DNA of 61,321 nucleotides, filler included. It is 9 parts of 9 records of this genome, joined end to end, with 100 filler letters (N's around TTAATTAATTAA, not from the genome) between each part and the next. Parts side by side here need not be neighbours in the genome. Positions count along the whole stretch, not along the records: positions 16,817 to 22,914 come from SRR31147125_65481; positions 23,015 to 28,504 come from SRR31147125_65496; positions 28,605 to 35,272 come from SRR31147125_65600; 6 more parts are not named here. The stretch is one strand, 5' to 3'. A model generated the notes under the pieces. The model saw nothing but the letters and a program-made list of their open reading frames with translations, was not told the DNA's origin and ran no database searches. Of this stretch, positions 18,989-30,376 are shown piece after piece. The number at the start of each line of letters is the position of its first letter. The first letter of the stretch is position 1. Made by a program: the position numbers and the translations under genes.

Positions 18989-20675
18989 ATCCCTCTATAT
19001 CAAAAATTTTGCGTTAATAGATTCTTTAGAGCTGAACTTGTCAAAAGGATTGAATATTTTCTCCGGAGAAACAGGAGCCGGAAAATCTATTTTAATTGGC
19101 GCTCTGAGTCTGGTACTTGGGGCACGCAGTGATACTAGTTTAATTAGAACCGGCTGTGATGAATCCATTGTATCTGCTGTTGTTACAATCCCTTCAATGA
19201 AGGGTTTACAGAATTGGCTTTCAGACCATGGTATAGAACCAGAAGACAACAGTTTAATCTTAAAACGTATATTACGTAAAAATGGTCGAAGTATTTCCTA
19301 TGTTCAATCAGAACAAGTTACAATTAAGGATTTACAATTTATTGCACAGTCAATGTTTGAGATTCACGGACAGCACGAACATCAATCTCTGCTCAATGGT
19401 AATAATCAAAGAGTTGTTCTTGATACCTATGAAAAGATTACATCACTGGTTACTGACTATACTGAAAAGTATAAGGATTTAACAGCGTTACTGCGAAGAG
19501 CTGATCAGATAAAAAACGATGAGAGGAATATTCTCAGGGAAAAAGATATGCTTGAGTTTTCAGTTCAGGAAATCTCTGCGGCAAATATATCAATTGGAGA
19601 GGATGAAAACCTGAAGAGCGAACTGAATATTCTTAATAAATCAGAACAACTTGATGAAACCCTGTCTGATATTGTGGAGGGGTTTAGAGGAAACTCATAC
19701 GGAGCCGCCACTGGTATAATAGATCAGTTGCGTAAAACGAGAAAGCTTATTCAGCAGCTTACAAGTATTGATCCGGCATTAGAAGAAAGTGCTCAAAGAG
19801 TAGAAAGTCTTTTGCTGGAAATTGAGGATATTTATGAAGAGTTGAGAAGCTATAAGGATTCAATAGAGTTTTCACCGGATAGAATAGATATCATCCATGA
19901 TCGACTGCAGATATTGAATAATCTGAAGAGAAAATATGGAGATACATTGGAAGATATTCTGGCATACAGTGAAGAGGCGGAAAAACAACTGCAAACTATG
20001 GAATTCTCCCTTGAAGAAGCTGAGAAGCTGCAGGAGCGCATTGAGATTGCTGAAAGAGTGCTGTTTAAGAAGGCTGGAGTGATATCAGAAAGACGCAATG
20101 CTGCAGCAGAGAAGTTAGGACCTTCAATCATAGAACATTTAAATCAGTTAGGAATGCCGCAAGCCGATTTCTCCATACATGTGGAAACCGGGCAGGTTGA
20201 ACAAAGCATCACTGAATTTACCCCTTCCGGGCTGGATACCGTTGAATTTCTTATATCGCCTAATCAGGGAGAACCCCTAAAGCCAATAAAAAGCATTGCA
20301 TCCGGTGGTGAGCTGTCACGCATCATGCTGGCACTGAAGAGTGAACTGTCGGTAGGGGATATGATTGATTCAATGATTTTTGATGAGATTGATAGTGGAA
20401 TTGGTGGTACAGTTGCAGTCGCAGTCGGAAAACACCTGAAAAAATTGGCACGGTCAAGACAGGTGCTCTGCATTACGCATATTGCCTCTATTGCGGCTCA
20501 GGCTGATAAACATTTTATGGTCTCTAAATCGGAAGTTGAAGCAAGAACAATAACTGAGGTAACTTCGTTAAGCGAGAAAAACAGGGTCATCGAGTTAGCG
20601 CGCATGTTATCAGGATCAAGCGGTGAAAGTGCGCTTATGCATGCTGAGAACCTGCTGCAGCAGACCAATTCTTGA
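18981..20675 (+). CDS. recN: DNA repair protein RecN
   Basis: GETGAGKS, IHGQHEHQ, coiled coil, ASGGELSR, FDEID, ITH. Confidence 0.97.
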   Translation: MLESLYIKNFALIDSLELNLSKGLNIFSGETGAGKSILIGALSLVLGARSDTSLIRTGCDESIVSAVVTIPSMKGLQNWLSDHGIEPEDNSLILKRILRKNGRSISYVQSEQVTIKDLQFIAQSMFEIHGQHEHQSLLNGNNQRVVLDTYEKITSLVTDYTEKYKDLTALLRRADQIKNDERNILREKDMLEFSVQEISAANISIGEDENLKSELNILNKSEQLDETLSDIVEGFRGNSYGAATGIIDQLRKTRKLIQQLTSIDPALEESAQRVESLLLEIEDIYEELRSYKDSIEFSPDRIDIIHDRLQILNNLKRKYGDTLEDILAYSEEAEKQLQTMEFSLEEAEKLQERIEIAERVLFKKAGVISERRNAAAEKLGPSIIEHLNQLGMPQADFSIHVETGQVEQSITEFTPSGLDTVEFLISPNQGEPLKPIKSIASGGELSRIMLALKSELSVGDMIDSMIFDEIDSGIGGTVAVAVGKHLKKLARSRQVLCITHIASIAAQADKHFMVSKSEVEARTITEVTSLSEKNRVIELARMLSGSSGESALMHAENLLQQTNS

Positions 20676-20697
20676 TACATCACCTGATTAGCAGCTT

Positions 20698-22914
20698 TTA
20701 CAGTAACGTATCAAGAACCATCATTTTTTGCATCATAGTTTCCAACAGTTCACGTTTTTCTTCAGATACATCAGTAACGCTTTTAACCAGTTGTAATGTT
20801 TTCTCCTGGTAACGGGTGAAATCTACAGGAACTGATTGCTCGCCAACAATTTTCATAACAGCATTCAGATAGATCGCAATACCATTTTCCCAATGGCTCT
20901 CAAGCTCAATAAAGCAGCTGTTCAGAAAACTGTTATCAACTGAGCTATAGTCTGACAATCCTCTTGTGTTCCATAATTCATCATGAACTTAGTCAGATAT
21001 TCAAGGAACTGCATCTCAAATGATACATTCTTCAGGTTTGAGATGTCAATTTTTGATAATATTCCTGTAATCGCGGTTATCACTTCTTGATTCAGCACTG
21101 AATCCTGCAAGTTGTTTTTCTGACTCTTATACATAGCAATTGATACTATTGCATAAGCAAACAGGATATGCTTTTCACAAGGAATGGTATTGCAGCTAAT
21201 AAGATTTTCTTTGATCCAGAGTTCAATCTGATTCTGCAGGTTTGTCGGTAAATCACCAAAGCATATTCTCGTCAGAATAGTACCCGGGATGTTCTTTTGT
21301 ATTGTGAGATAATACTCTTTTTCAGGTGTTAATGATGTTGTGACTATGCAAGAAATCTCTTCAAGCAGCACAATATGCTTGATTGATAATGTATATGTAT
21401 TGGAATCAGCTTTTCTTAATGATATAAGCTCAAATTGACCATACCGATCTTGTTGAAAACTGTGTGAGAAAATGCTTTGGAATACCCAGTAGGAGGCAGC
21501 AGTATCATATCCGGAGAGTTCACGTAAAATGTTTTCTACATGGGTTTTTCCACTGATTTTGTTTTTTTGATTACTAACAGCTTTTGATAAATCATTTCCA
21601 AGTTTGATTAACAAGCTCTCTTTATCTAAAAAAGGTTCATATATGGAGATTGCATGTATCGCATAGCGAATATTCTGCTTGGGTTCAATCCCCGAAATAT
21701 CAGAAAAAAACCATCCGCATGATGTAAACATATATTGTGCAAACTTTTGCCCTTCCAGCAGACACATGACTTTTTTTTCATCCGCATGATCCAACGCGGC
21801 AGGAAGTGTACTCACAAATTGCATAGCTGAAAGCTTATTGCTAATTACCGGTTCAAATGCATGCATAATTGATAATGGATTATCAAATCCTAATTTTTTC
21901 ATCTCTCGATTAAAGATACCATTGAGCAGCGTATATAAACAATTAAAGGCTTCGCGCAACGGTGTTCTCCATTTCTGATTCCAGCCTGGTTCACCGCCAG
22001 TTGAACAGCCGCAATCTTTATACCAGCGTGATACTCCATGAGCACAACTCCAGGAACTTCCTAAATCTGATTCACCGGATTTTAATTCAGCTGTTCCAAT
22101 TGGTGGATGAGATTCAAGATAAGCACCATAGTTGGAAAATTCTAATGATTGATCAGCTTCGACTTTATGTATCAGTGCCGCAAGACACATATCACCAAAA
22201 GGCTCATGGTGACCATAAATTTCTCCATCAGTTGCTGTGTGCAGCAATCCTGAGGTTCCCGGCATTGCAGATAACTCTTTTACTCTGGAAAAAAGTTTAT
22301 CGGCGTCTGTTAAGAAATGGCCAAAACTTATACCGGATGCGAGATCAGGCTGATAAAAGAAGGCTGCAATAGATCCTGAAGACCCTTCCAATCTGAACAC
22401 TTCATTACTTGGGGCAGGTTTTCCATTCAGGTGAAGTGTTTTACCATCATCATACTGAATTGAGTCGGCTTGCCACGGTGATAAAATTACATATGCAATG
22501 TTACTTCTTATGAGCATATCTATAACTTTTTGATTTATCGCAGCCTCAGGAAGCCAGAATCCCTCTGGGTATCGATTGAAATGAGATTGAAAGTTACTAA
22601 TACCCCATACTATTTGTGTTTCGGAAACTTCTGGGTTATCTAATGGCAGGATAGTATGATTAAATGCCTGAGCAACCGCATTCCCATGTCCATTCATCCT
22701 TTTTATGCTTTCAGCATCTGCACTGATAATTTTCTGATAAGTTTCCTGATCATATTGCGCTAACCAATTAAGCAATGTCGGTCCGAAATTATATGATAGA
22801 TATTCGTAATTATTGGTAATATTCGATATTCTGCCATCGTAAGTGAGATGTCGTGAAAAAGCATTTGCCCGATAACATTCACGTAAAATCTTATAGTTCC
22901 AATTTTTAAAGGGA
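20698..22914 (-). CDS. GH57/DUF3536 family glycoside hydrolase-like protein (5' truncated, one indel)
   Basis: SYNFGPTLLNW, HGNAVAQAFNH, GFWLPE, ATDGEIYGHH, SWSCAHGVSRW, MFTSCGWFF; ORF 20698-20958 joins via the A4 run 20926-20929. Confidence 0.9.
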
Positions 22915-23014
22915 NNNNNNNNNNNNNNNNNNNNNNNNNNNNNNNNNNNNNNNNNNNNTTAATTAATTAANNNNNNNNNNNNNNNNNNNNNNNNNNNNNN
23001 NNNNNNNNNNNNNN
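22915..23014. other. Artificial contig linker
   Basis: N44-TTAATTAATTAA-N44. Confidence 0.99.
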
Positions 23015-25474
23015 CATTCAGGACACGTACGGCGGAACTGGAAGAAGCGGTGGTTTGTACTTACAGAGGGCACACTGTTCTACTTTGAGGGACCTCCCGT
23101 GTGTTATTAGTGTGACAAGACGTCCCCACGAGTCGTCGTCCGTCTCACACACCCTCCGAGACAGCGTCTGGTTCCCACAGGCTGTATATCATTATTAGAC
23201 GGAGAGATCGAAGAGGCATCGACCGTCCGTGAACACTGTTTCCAAGGTGTGTCGTCCGTTGGAGGCCCCCATTATTGACACCGAACCTCTTGAGTGGTGA
23301 CACCGACACGAACGTATAACATTGTTGCGGAATCTGCGGAATCCATGTGTTTGTGGATGGAGTGTTGTCGTCGTGCACGATCTCTTGCGTCGGATAGCGC
23401 TGTACAATCATCCCATGCCTTGCACATTGCTGCAAAGGTGATTCGATGGATTGATGGGCACAACACTACGTCCTCACTTCTGATTGCGCAGACCTATGAA
23501 CCTACGGTCGAGACGTGGCCTATCACATCGGGATTTCTTCAGAAAGAAGGTTGCCCGATCTGCTTTTTTTCCCTCGTCTCTCATGAGAACTCGTTTAGGG
23601 ATCATCCACAAGAACTGGAAGAGGCGTTGGTTCCTTTGCTCTCCCGATGGCTTCCTGTACTACTTCAACGAAGTTCCCACGTGCATTCTCAAGGGTACCG
23701 TTCCGATTAAAGGGTACGTGGGATCCTGTGACGATCAACTCTGAGGAACGACTCTATCAGATCCACAACCGTCCCCTGTAGCACAAAGCGAGAGTTTTGC
23801 ATGAAACTCTCTGCAGTGACACACATCTACTATCTCCAGGTACGAGATGGATGGATGGAAAGTAGGATCCCCCCCTCCGTGATTACAGGTGTATACGAAC
23901 GAGTAGGCAACATCCCAAAGAGATTTGGGTGCATGGATACGAGCATTGAACGAATGTGGCGGAGTTCTGACAAAGGGTTCGTGTTCCTCCCTTTTGGAAC
24001 TCATCTGATGCCCCTCCACAGAGATTAAAGACCACCTTCCTGCTGGTAGGAGCTCCGATTCTCCAGCCACGACCCCTGATACGTTTGCTATACCCTTTCA
24101 CGAGGTCGGTGGTCTGCCACACAGGCGTCTTTTCCTTGACTGACCTTGATTGATGGTGGGTCCATCCAGCTCCACAGCACGTACCGAAAGACGAGTGTTG
24201 CCCTCTCCACTCCGCTGTCGGTAGGCAGGTATCATGTATTGGATTCTCCTCACACGGCAAGGGTGTGACAGGGACGTCCTTCTTCTCTTTTCCACGGCAC
24301 GGCAGATCGGAGGGTGCGTGCCTTCTTGTGCTGGATGGATCCGTTGTACATTGCTGCTGTAGGAATTTGCCGAGGCTGTTGAGAAGGCCCGACAAGCGAA
24401 CGCAGCGGCTGAGGTAATGCTTCGCGATGTTCAAGCAATGTACCGTCCCTTTGTAGAAAAGGTTGGTTGTTTCCACATGACGATGTGCTCACCACCACAC
24501 GTAAAGACTGTTCAGAATTTGCTGGAGCCAACACCTGAGGGAATGTCCCAAGAGGAGGGGTCTGTCGAGGAAACTCACGTTGAAGATATCACATCACGCC
24601 TTCAAGGTGCGATGTTACCAACGAGGAGGAACGCAGCCTTACGTTCTGGCACAGCTCTTATGGTGGATGTGGAAACCTCGGGCGGTCAAGCGGCACAACG
24701 CCTGAGACCCATTTTGCAGGGTTTGTTGGAGTGGATACCGAAATTCGAGCAACAGAGAAAGGATGTACGCATTGAATTGCCCTTGCCTGCGTGTTGCTCT
24801 GATTGCACACAGGATGAACACGAAATGGAAGTCTTGCGGACAAAACTTAAACAAGACAAGGCCCGTTTGGCAGAGGTGTGCCGTTAGGGTGGCACGACGT
24901 GTTGGATTCACGCCACACGCTCCACAGGAGACAGAGATGAGGCAACAACTTGAAAGCGAGGTTGAATCGCTTTCTCGTACACGCGATACCATCAGCCATG
25001 AGCGCGTGGTACGGATTCCGTCTGTCCCATTTGCACTGATACCATATGACGGAATAGATCCAACTGGCTGCTTGCACACGCGTAGGACTGGACAGCTTTG
25101 GGGAACAATCAAAGGGTTCTGGCCCTTCTGAGGACACCTTCTCCTCTTTTGATACCGTTCCGCCCGGTGAGGCCCTTGCAGCACGCGTGGAACCCACCCT
25201 ACAACGTATCTTCGAGATGTTAATGAAAGAGAAATGGGCGATACGAGAACGAAAGTCACTCTTGTGGCAGCTGAAGGGTGTGGCCTCCGTTATTTCTGGA
25301 AAGCTCATTGTGGAACACGAGGTGCGTCCCTGATCGCTGATGATGAGAATTGAATTCCGTTATTGTCTTCCCAAGACACGAACCAAGGCAGAGAAATCTG
25401 CATTAGAACTCGTGTCTCTAGTGCTACGGGATGTCAATGACTTCCCACAGGTTGTACCGAACTTCACCCAGTAG
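23015..25474 (+). CDS. Eukaryotic intron-containing gene with two PH domains and a downstream helical region (5' truncated)
   Basis: Exons read HVRRNWKKRWFVLTEGTLFYFE, VTPTRTYNIVAESAESMCLWME, ITSGFLQKEG and HKNWKRRWFLCSPDGFLYYF; last intron 25322-25375 (GT-AG); last exon ends TAG 25472-25474; AATAAA at 25492; middle exons not fully resolved. Confidence 0.75.
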
Positions 25475-25517
25475 ATCTTCCCTCCTGTCATAATAAACAT
25501 TGCCCCATTGCTCCTCC

Positions 25518-28504
25518 ATGTCCCTCCCCGTACGGTCTTGGTTCCGTGTCCCTGTCACACGCCTGGCCTTTCCTCCGTTCACACTGTTGCAACGATTCCT
25601 CCTCCGTCCCCTTGGAGGAGGAGGAGGAGGAGGGAGCCGTGTGAGGTCGATAGCGACCAGTTGTGTACAGCGATATGCCCATCACAGGGACGACGCGACG
25701 ACGTTTGTATCGTCCCAGTACGTCTGGAACGCGTCCACCCTGCATGGTCTCTCATCTCATCTGTTGCTTCATGCTTCCCTAGCTTCCGAGGGGATGAAAG
25801 GGATGTGTTGGACTACCTGGACAGGAAGGGGTTTCAGTATCGTGTGACGGGGACGGAGATCAACGTCAAGCAGTGTCCATTCTGTCCACCCCACAAAAAC
25901 AGACTCGTATGCACCATGAATCAATCGATCTGTGGTGTGTGTGTCTCATGTATGAATGTTTCCTACGGCAAGGACAACATGTGGAAGGTTTACTTCAATC
26001 GGTTGACAACTCTGTACTTCTGTCACCGCTGTGGACACAAGGGATCCCTGTTTGATTTCAAACGCCAATTGGAGGCATGAAGAGGGTTGTGTGTACGATC
26101 TTGAACTGATCATCAGGATCCATAGGATGGGACAGGATCGACGGCGTCGTTTGTGGAGTCCATAGCACCCCGTACACCTCGTGTACCGGACGTGGGGGCT
26201 GTCGAATCGTACAGTAAGGCCCTGGATTCATTTCCTGATGTGCTTCATTACCTCGTGCAGAAGCGAGGGCTATCCGTGGAGTGCGTCTGTGCACGTGTGC
26301 TTTGTTGTGTGTGGAATGACGGACTGTTGTTGTCAGAGTCCTACGCAAGTACGGTGTGGGTGCGGCCACGTTTCAATTCTGTGATGAGAAAGGACAGTGG
26401 AAGGAACACTTGTGCGTAACCTTTCCCTGGATTGAGATGGACCAAGATGGTGGATCTCAGGTTCGCATTATGGGCCTCTTGACGTGTTGTGTGTTACCCA
26501 TTGCCCAGAGAACGATACGCATCAAGGCACGTGCACTCGATCACAAGTCCTTTCAGAAACTTGATCCACCCGGTGCGTTGATGGTATGGAAAGAAGATCA
26601 AACAGCATGAATGGAGTACGGAGTATGGTAGGCGGTGCATGGGGATTGTTTGGGTGGCATACCATTCGTGAGAATGCCAAGGAGGTGGTGTTGACGGAGG
26701 GAGAGTACGACGCGATGGCCGTACATCAGGCGACGGGCATGCCCTGCGTATCACTGCCCAATGGATGTCGGTACGTACTCATGTGTTGGTTCTCATGCGT
26801 GATCCCCGTCTCCAGTTCCCTTCCTATTGAGTTGCTTCCAAAATTGGAGCGTTTTGAGAAGATCTATTTGTGGATGGATGATGATCTACCCGGCCGACAA
26901 GGTGCAAAAGGAAGGATTTATCGTGGGGCACTAAAGGGCAGTGTGGTAGGCGCTGAGGTCTTTGCGAACAAGTTGGGAATTGAACGATGTCACCTCGTGT
27001 ACACAAAAGGGGGAGAGGCTACAGGTCCCAAGGATGCAAATGAAGTATTGCTTCGTGAACAGGTTGCGTCGCGGCAGGCCCTGTTGTTTCCCCTGTTATG
27101 AATGAACCAACTACTTCAGGACATGATCGGCCTCCTGGAGGCAGCTGCACCCATCCCCCACGAACAGATTCTTTCCTTTCAGGTGTGATTGAGTGCGTGC
27201 TTGTCCTGTACCCACTCCTTGGGTGGGAGTACAGGAGTTGCGCGATGAGGTGAAGCGGGAATTCTCCAATCCTCTACAAGTCGCAGGAATCCAAAGCACC
27301 ACTTTCCCGTCTTTGAACAAGATTCTCAAGGGACATCGACGTGGTGAGCTTACCATCATCTCGGGACCAACGGGGGTAGGCAAAACGACCGTTCTGAGTC
27401 AATTATCTCTGGACTACTGTCAACAAGGAGTGACCACGCTTTGGGGAAGGTGGGCGCTTCCCTCTTTCCTTGCCTCTCGCTGAAGTCCCTTTAGCTTTGA
27501 GATTAAGAATGTTCGTCTTGCCAAGAAAATGCTACAACAATACAGCTCACGCAATCTTGAAGGTTGCCTGCAGGTGTGTTGTTGGTCTTGTTCATAAATA
27601 ACGACACGCGACCCATGAGAGTTAGGATTTCGATGTTATCGCTGACAGCTTCAGCCAACTGCCCCTGCACTTTCTGCGTTTCTTTGGGAGTACAGACGTG
27701 GATCAGGTAGGTTCCAACGTGCGACTTCCGTCCTGCAGTTCAAAGACGGGTGATTCAAGGTGTTGGATGCAATGGACTACGCTGTATATGTCCACGATGT
27801 TGGCCATATTGTTCTGGACAATCTACAGTTCATGGTCTCGGGGCAAGGGATTGGATTTGAGCGTTTTGACATTCAGGTACCCACCCGGCTTGCTCGTGTG
27901 ACGTGGGACGAGTGGCTGATTCTCCCTCTCCTCAGGATCGTGCTGTAGAGAAGTTCCGACGCTTCGCATCAACAAAGAATGTTCATGTCACACTTGTAAT
28001 TCATCCACGAAAGGAAGGTTCGTGAGGGTGCCGTGTGAGGGTAATGGGATCACGGAAACGACATCCTTGCAAGATGACGACGTGATGTTGCAAACAAGTT
28101 CAGTATTTGGAACGGCCAAAGCGACACAGGAAGCTGTAGGTGAACCAGCCGCCTTCCCTCTCTCACTCATCCTTTGCGGGACAGGATAACGTCATCATCC
28201 TTCAGAAGGGTCGGGCCTTTCGTTATCTTGATGTCCGAAAGAATCGTTTCGACGGAGACGTAGGAGTCGTTCCGTACCGTTTCGATCGAAAGACCCACCG
28301 TGTGCGTAGCGCACGTATCGTCGTCTCTCTCCAGGCGGCCACCTGAAACGCAACGACAGTTCTATGAACTCACCGATCGAGAGGTCAAGGGACTTGTCGA
28401 ACGAGATCAGGCTGTGAATGCTATGGGAAACGGAGGGGAGGGACTCGTGGGATGCGTCCCAAGTGATGATGGTAATGATGATGATGATGATGGTAATGAT
28501 GATG
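25518..28504 (+). CDS. Eukaryotic Twinkle-type mitochondrial primase-helicase, 18 exons (3' truncated)
   Basis: Arg-rich, acid-free N-terminus; CPFC...CHRC zinc domain; TEGEYD and WMDDD TOPRIM; KDANE; GPTGVGKT; WGSFEI; ILDNLQF-like VLDNLQF; HPRK; KNRFDG. Manually spliced introns: 25718-25782, 25907-25972, 26075-26125 (GC-AG), 26281-26336, 26461-26508, 26573-26631, 26771-26815, 26902-26949, 27063-27119, 27183-27234, 27450-27494, 27574-27625, 27707-27759, 27877-27935, 28018-28073, 28136-28184, 28302-28359. Confidence 0.93.
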
Positions 28505-28604
28505 NNNNNNNNNNNNNNNNNNNNNNNNNNNNNNNNNNNNNNNNNNNNTTAATTAATTAANNNNNNNNNNNNNNNNNNNNNNNNNNNNNNNNNNNNNNNN
28601 NNNN
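28505..28604. other. Artificial contig linker
   Basis: N44-TTAATTAATTAA-N44. Confidence 0.99.
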
Positions 28605-29756
28605 TTTTGACCGGCTGCCCAGTGCCAGCAGCACCATTTTCATCGGCCACTCCACCACCCGCCCGGTGCGGCGCATCACCTTGATGTGGGTCGGATCGGT
28701 TGCCAGCCAGATGTCGGCGAAGCGGCGCATCACCTGGTCGGTGGGAAAGTGGGAGAGCGCCTGCTGTACGCTGCTGCCCAAGGCATTGGCGAGGGCCTGG
28801 CCGTACGCCTGAAGTTGCCGGTGGGCGTCGTCGATCCGTTCGCCCATCCGTCGCGCCTGCTGCACGGCATCGCTCATCATCGATTGCAGCAGATCCTGCC
28901 TTAATTGAACGGCATCTATCCCGACCAGGGCCGATTGCAAATCATCGCCTGCATCGCACGCAACGGCGCGCAGCTGCATCGGCTGTTGCCCGGCGGCCAC
29001 CAAATTGTCGTCATCGGCCCGGAAGATGCCCATCACCTGCTTTTGTTGCTCGCGTCCGTAGAGATTGGCGGCCACGGTCGCTGCATGCTCTCTCACCTCG
29101 GTGTCAGAAAAACTCGGGTAGACGCGGTAGACGAGGAAGCATGGCCGGGTGCCGATGCCGGTGAGCAGGTGGGCGATGAAATCGGTGTTGTCGCGGTTGT
29201 TGTAGGTCGCATTGGTGAAGATGTAGATGAACGCGTCGGCGCTCTCCAGGCACTGACGGGCCGACTCCCGATTGGCGTAAGCACCGCGGGCGCCGGTGTC
29301 GATGTCGGGGGTGTCGAGCAGCACCACACGTTCGGAGAGATTGGAGTTCACGCAGTAGACCGGTTCACCCGGTGTGGTCAGTTGCTGTTCGTTCTCAAGG
29401 GGGCGTAGCGGGCCGCCGAAAGTGTGTGCCAGGGCATCGAACAGGGTTGCGTTGCGCTCGTGGCGTTCGTGAACGGCCGCCAGGACGCGCCGGTTCAGAC
29501 CGGCCCGCCCGCCGGTTGGCGAGACCCGGTCCCCGATCAGGCTGTTGAACAGCGTCGATTTGCCGGCCGATCCGCCCCCGCAGATGGCCACCACCAGTGG
29601 GAATTCGGGTTGCAGCTTTGGAAGCAGCTTGAGATCCAGGGCATGGGTCCACGGTTGCAGGTGCTCCGACAGATCCAGATTGAGCGCTTCCGCCGCTTCG
29701 GGCAAGTGCCGGCGTAATGTTTTTAAGGCTTTGGTATTATTTGTTTTTGTGGTCAT
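28605..29756 (-). CDS. P-loop GTPase (MMR_HSR1/dynamin-like) with helical C-terminus (3' truncated)
   Basis: GGGSAGKS (G1), LLDTPD (G3), long helical region downstream. Confidence 0.8.
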
Positions 29757-29892
29757 CTCTTTACTGCTTTTCTATGAACGAAGCACTCCACTGTGTTTTT
29801 GCCGGTACCCGGTTGACAAACCCCGATGCCACCCTACGGTATGAACAATACAATGTGTGATCTAAACCATAAACGAAACGGGGGCAGGCGAC

Positions 29893-30099
29893 ATGGCGTG
29901 GCAGACGGTCCCGGGATTAAAGGGTAAGATATTCATACCCGAGTGTCGCAGCGAAGGCAAAAAAAAGAATCCCTGTCCGGACTGTTTTGCCTGCCAGCAG
30001 TGCAGCGAAGATCGCTGCCGGGTCTGTTTCGGCCATCGAGGCCCCTCGTCAGACCCCCCGCATTGCCACTGTTCAGAGATACAGGAGGTCAAGCAATGA
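29893..30099 (+). CDS. Small Cys-rich hypothetical protein
   Basis: 68 aa; CPDCFACQQCSEDRCRVC plus HCHC; TTGACA at 29813 upstream; ATGA overlap with next gene. Confidence 0.7.
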   Translation: MAWQTVPGLKGKIFIPECRSEGKKKNPCPDCFACQQCSEDRCRVCFGHRGPSSDPPHCHCSEIQEVKQ

Positions 30100-30290
30100 A
30101 TCGTATCGACTGTCTATTCGAACGTCCGACCAACATCGTGATTGCCGCGGCGCTCTTTCTAATGTCACTCGGATTGAGCGTCATCGGAATAACCATTTTA
30201 CCCGTATTTGGCTTGATTCTGGCCGTACCGCTCTTTCTTCTCTCCGGATGGTTTCTCTTTTCGCCTCAAAGCAAAGCATGTTCACTTTAG
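30096..30290 (+). CDS. Small two-helix membrane protein
   Basis: RBS AGGAGG then MNRIDCLFERP...; two hydrophobic segments; ends SKACSL. Confidence 0.75.
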   Translation: MNRIDCLFERPTNIVIAAALFLMSLGLSVIGITILPVFGLILAVPLFLLSGWFLFSPQSKACSL

Positions 30291-30311
30291 CATGCCGCCC
30301 GATCGGGATGA

Positions 30312-30360
30312 AAGACTGAAGGCTGGAACTGTATTCGCCTTCAGTCTTCAGCCTGAACAC
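30312..30360. repeat. Inverted repeat built from GACTGAA/GGCTGAA-type heptamers; may act as a terminator
   Basis: AAGACTGAAGGC (30312-30323) / GCCTTCAGTCTT (30337-30348) plus extra TCAGCC units, between convergent genes. Confidence 0.7.
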
Positions 30361-30376
30361 TCTCAGCCTGTGTTCC

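Noticed and set aside
25500..28504. Phage T7 gp4-like primase-helicase fragments or a decayed prophage
   Set aside because: Breaks are bounded by GT/GC-AG and splice into one continuous frame with a presequence, next to a PH-domain gene; this is eukaryotic.
28460..28504. GAT/GGT/AAT trinucleotide repeat, and the GGA repeat near 25615
   Set aside because: Low-complexity coding sequence (poly-Asp tail, poly-Gly linker).
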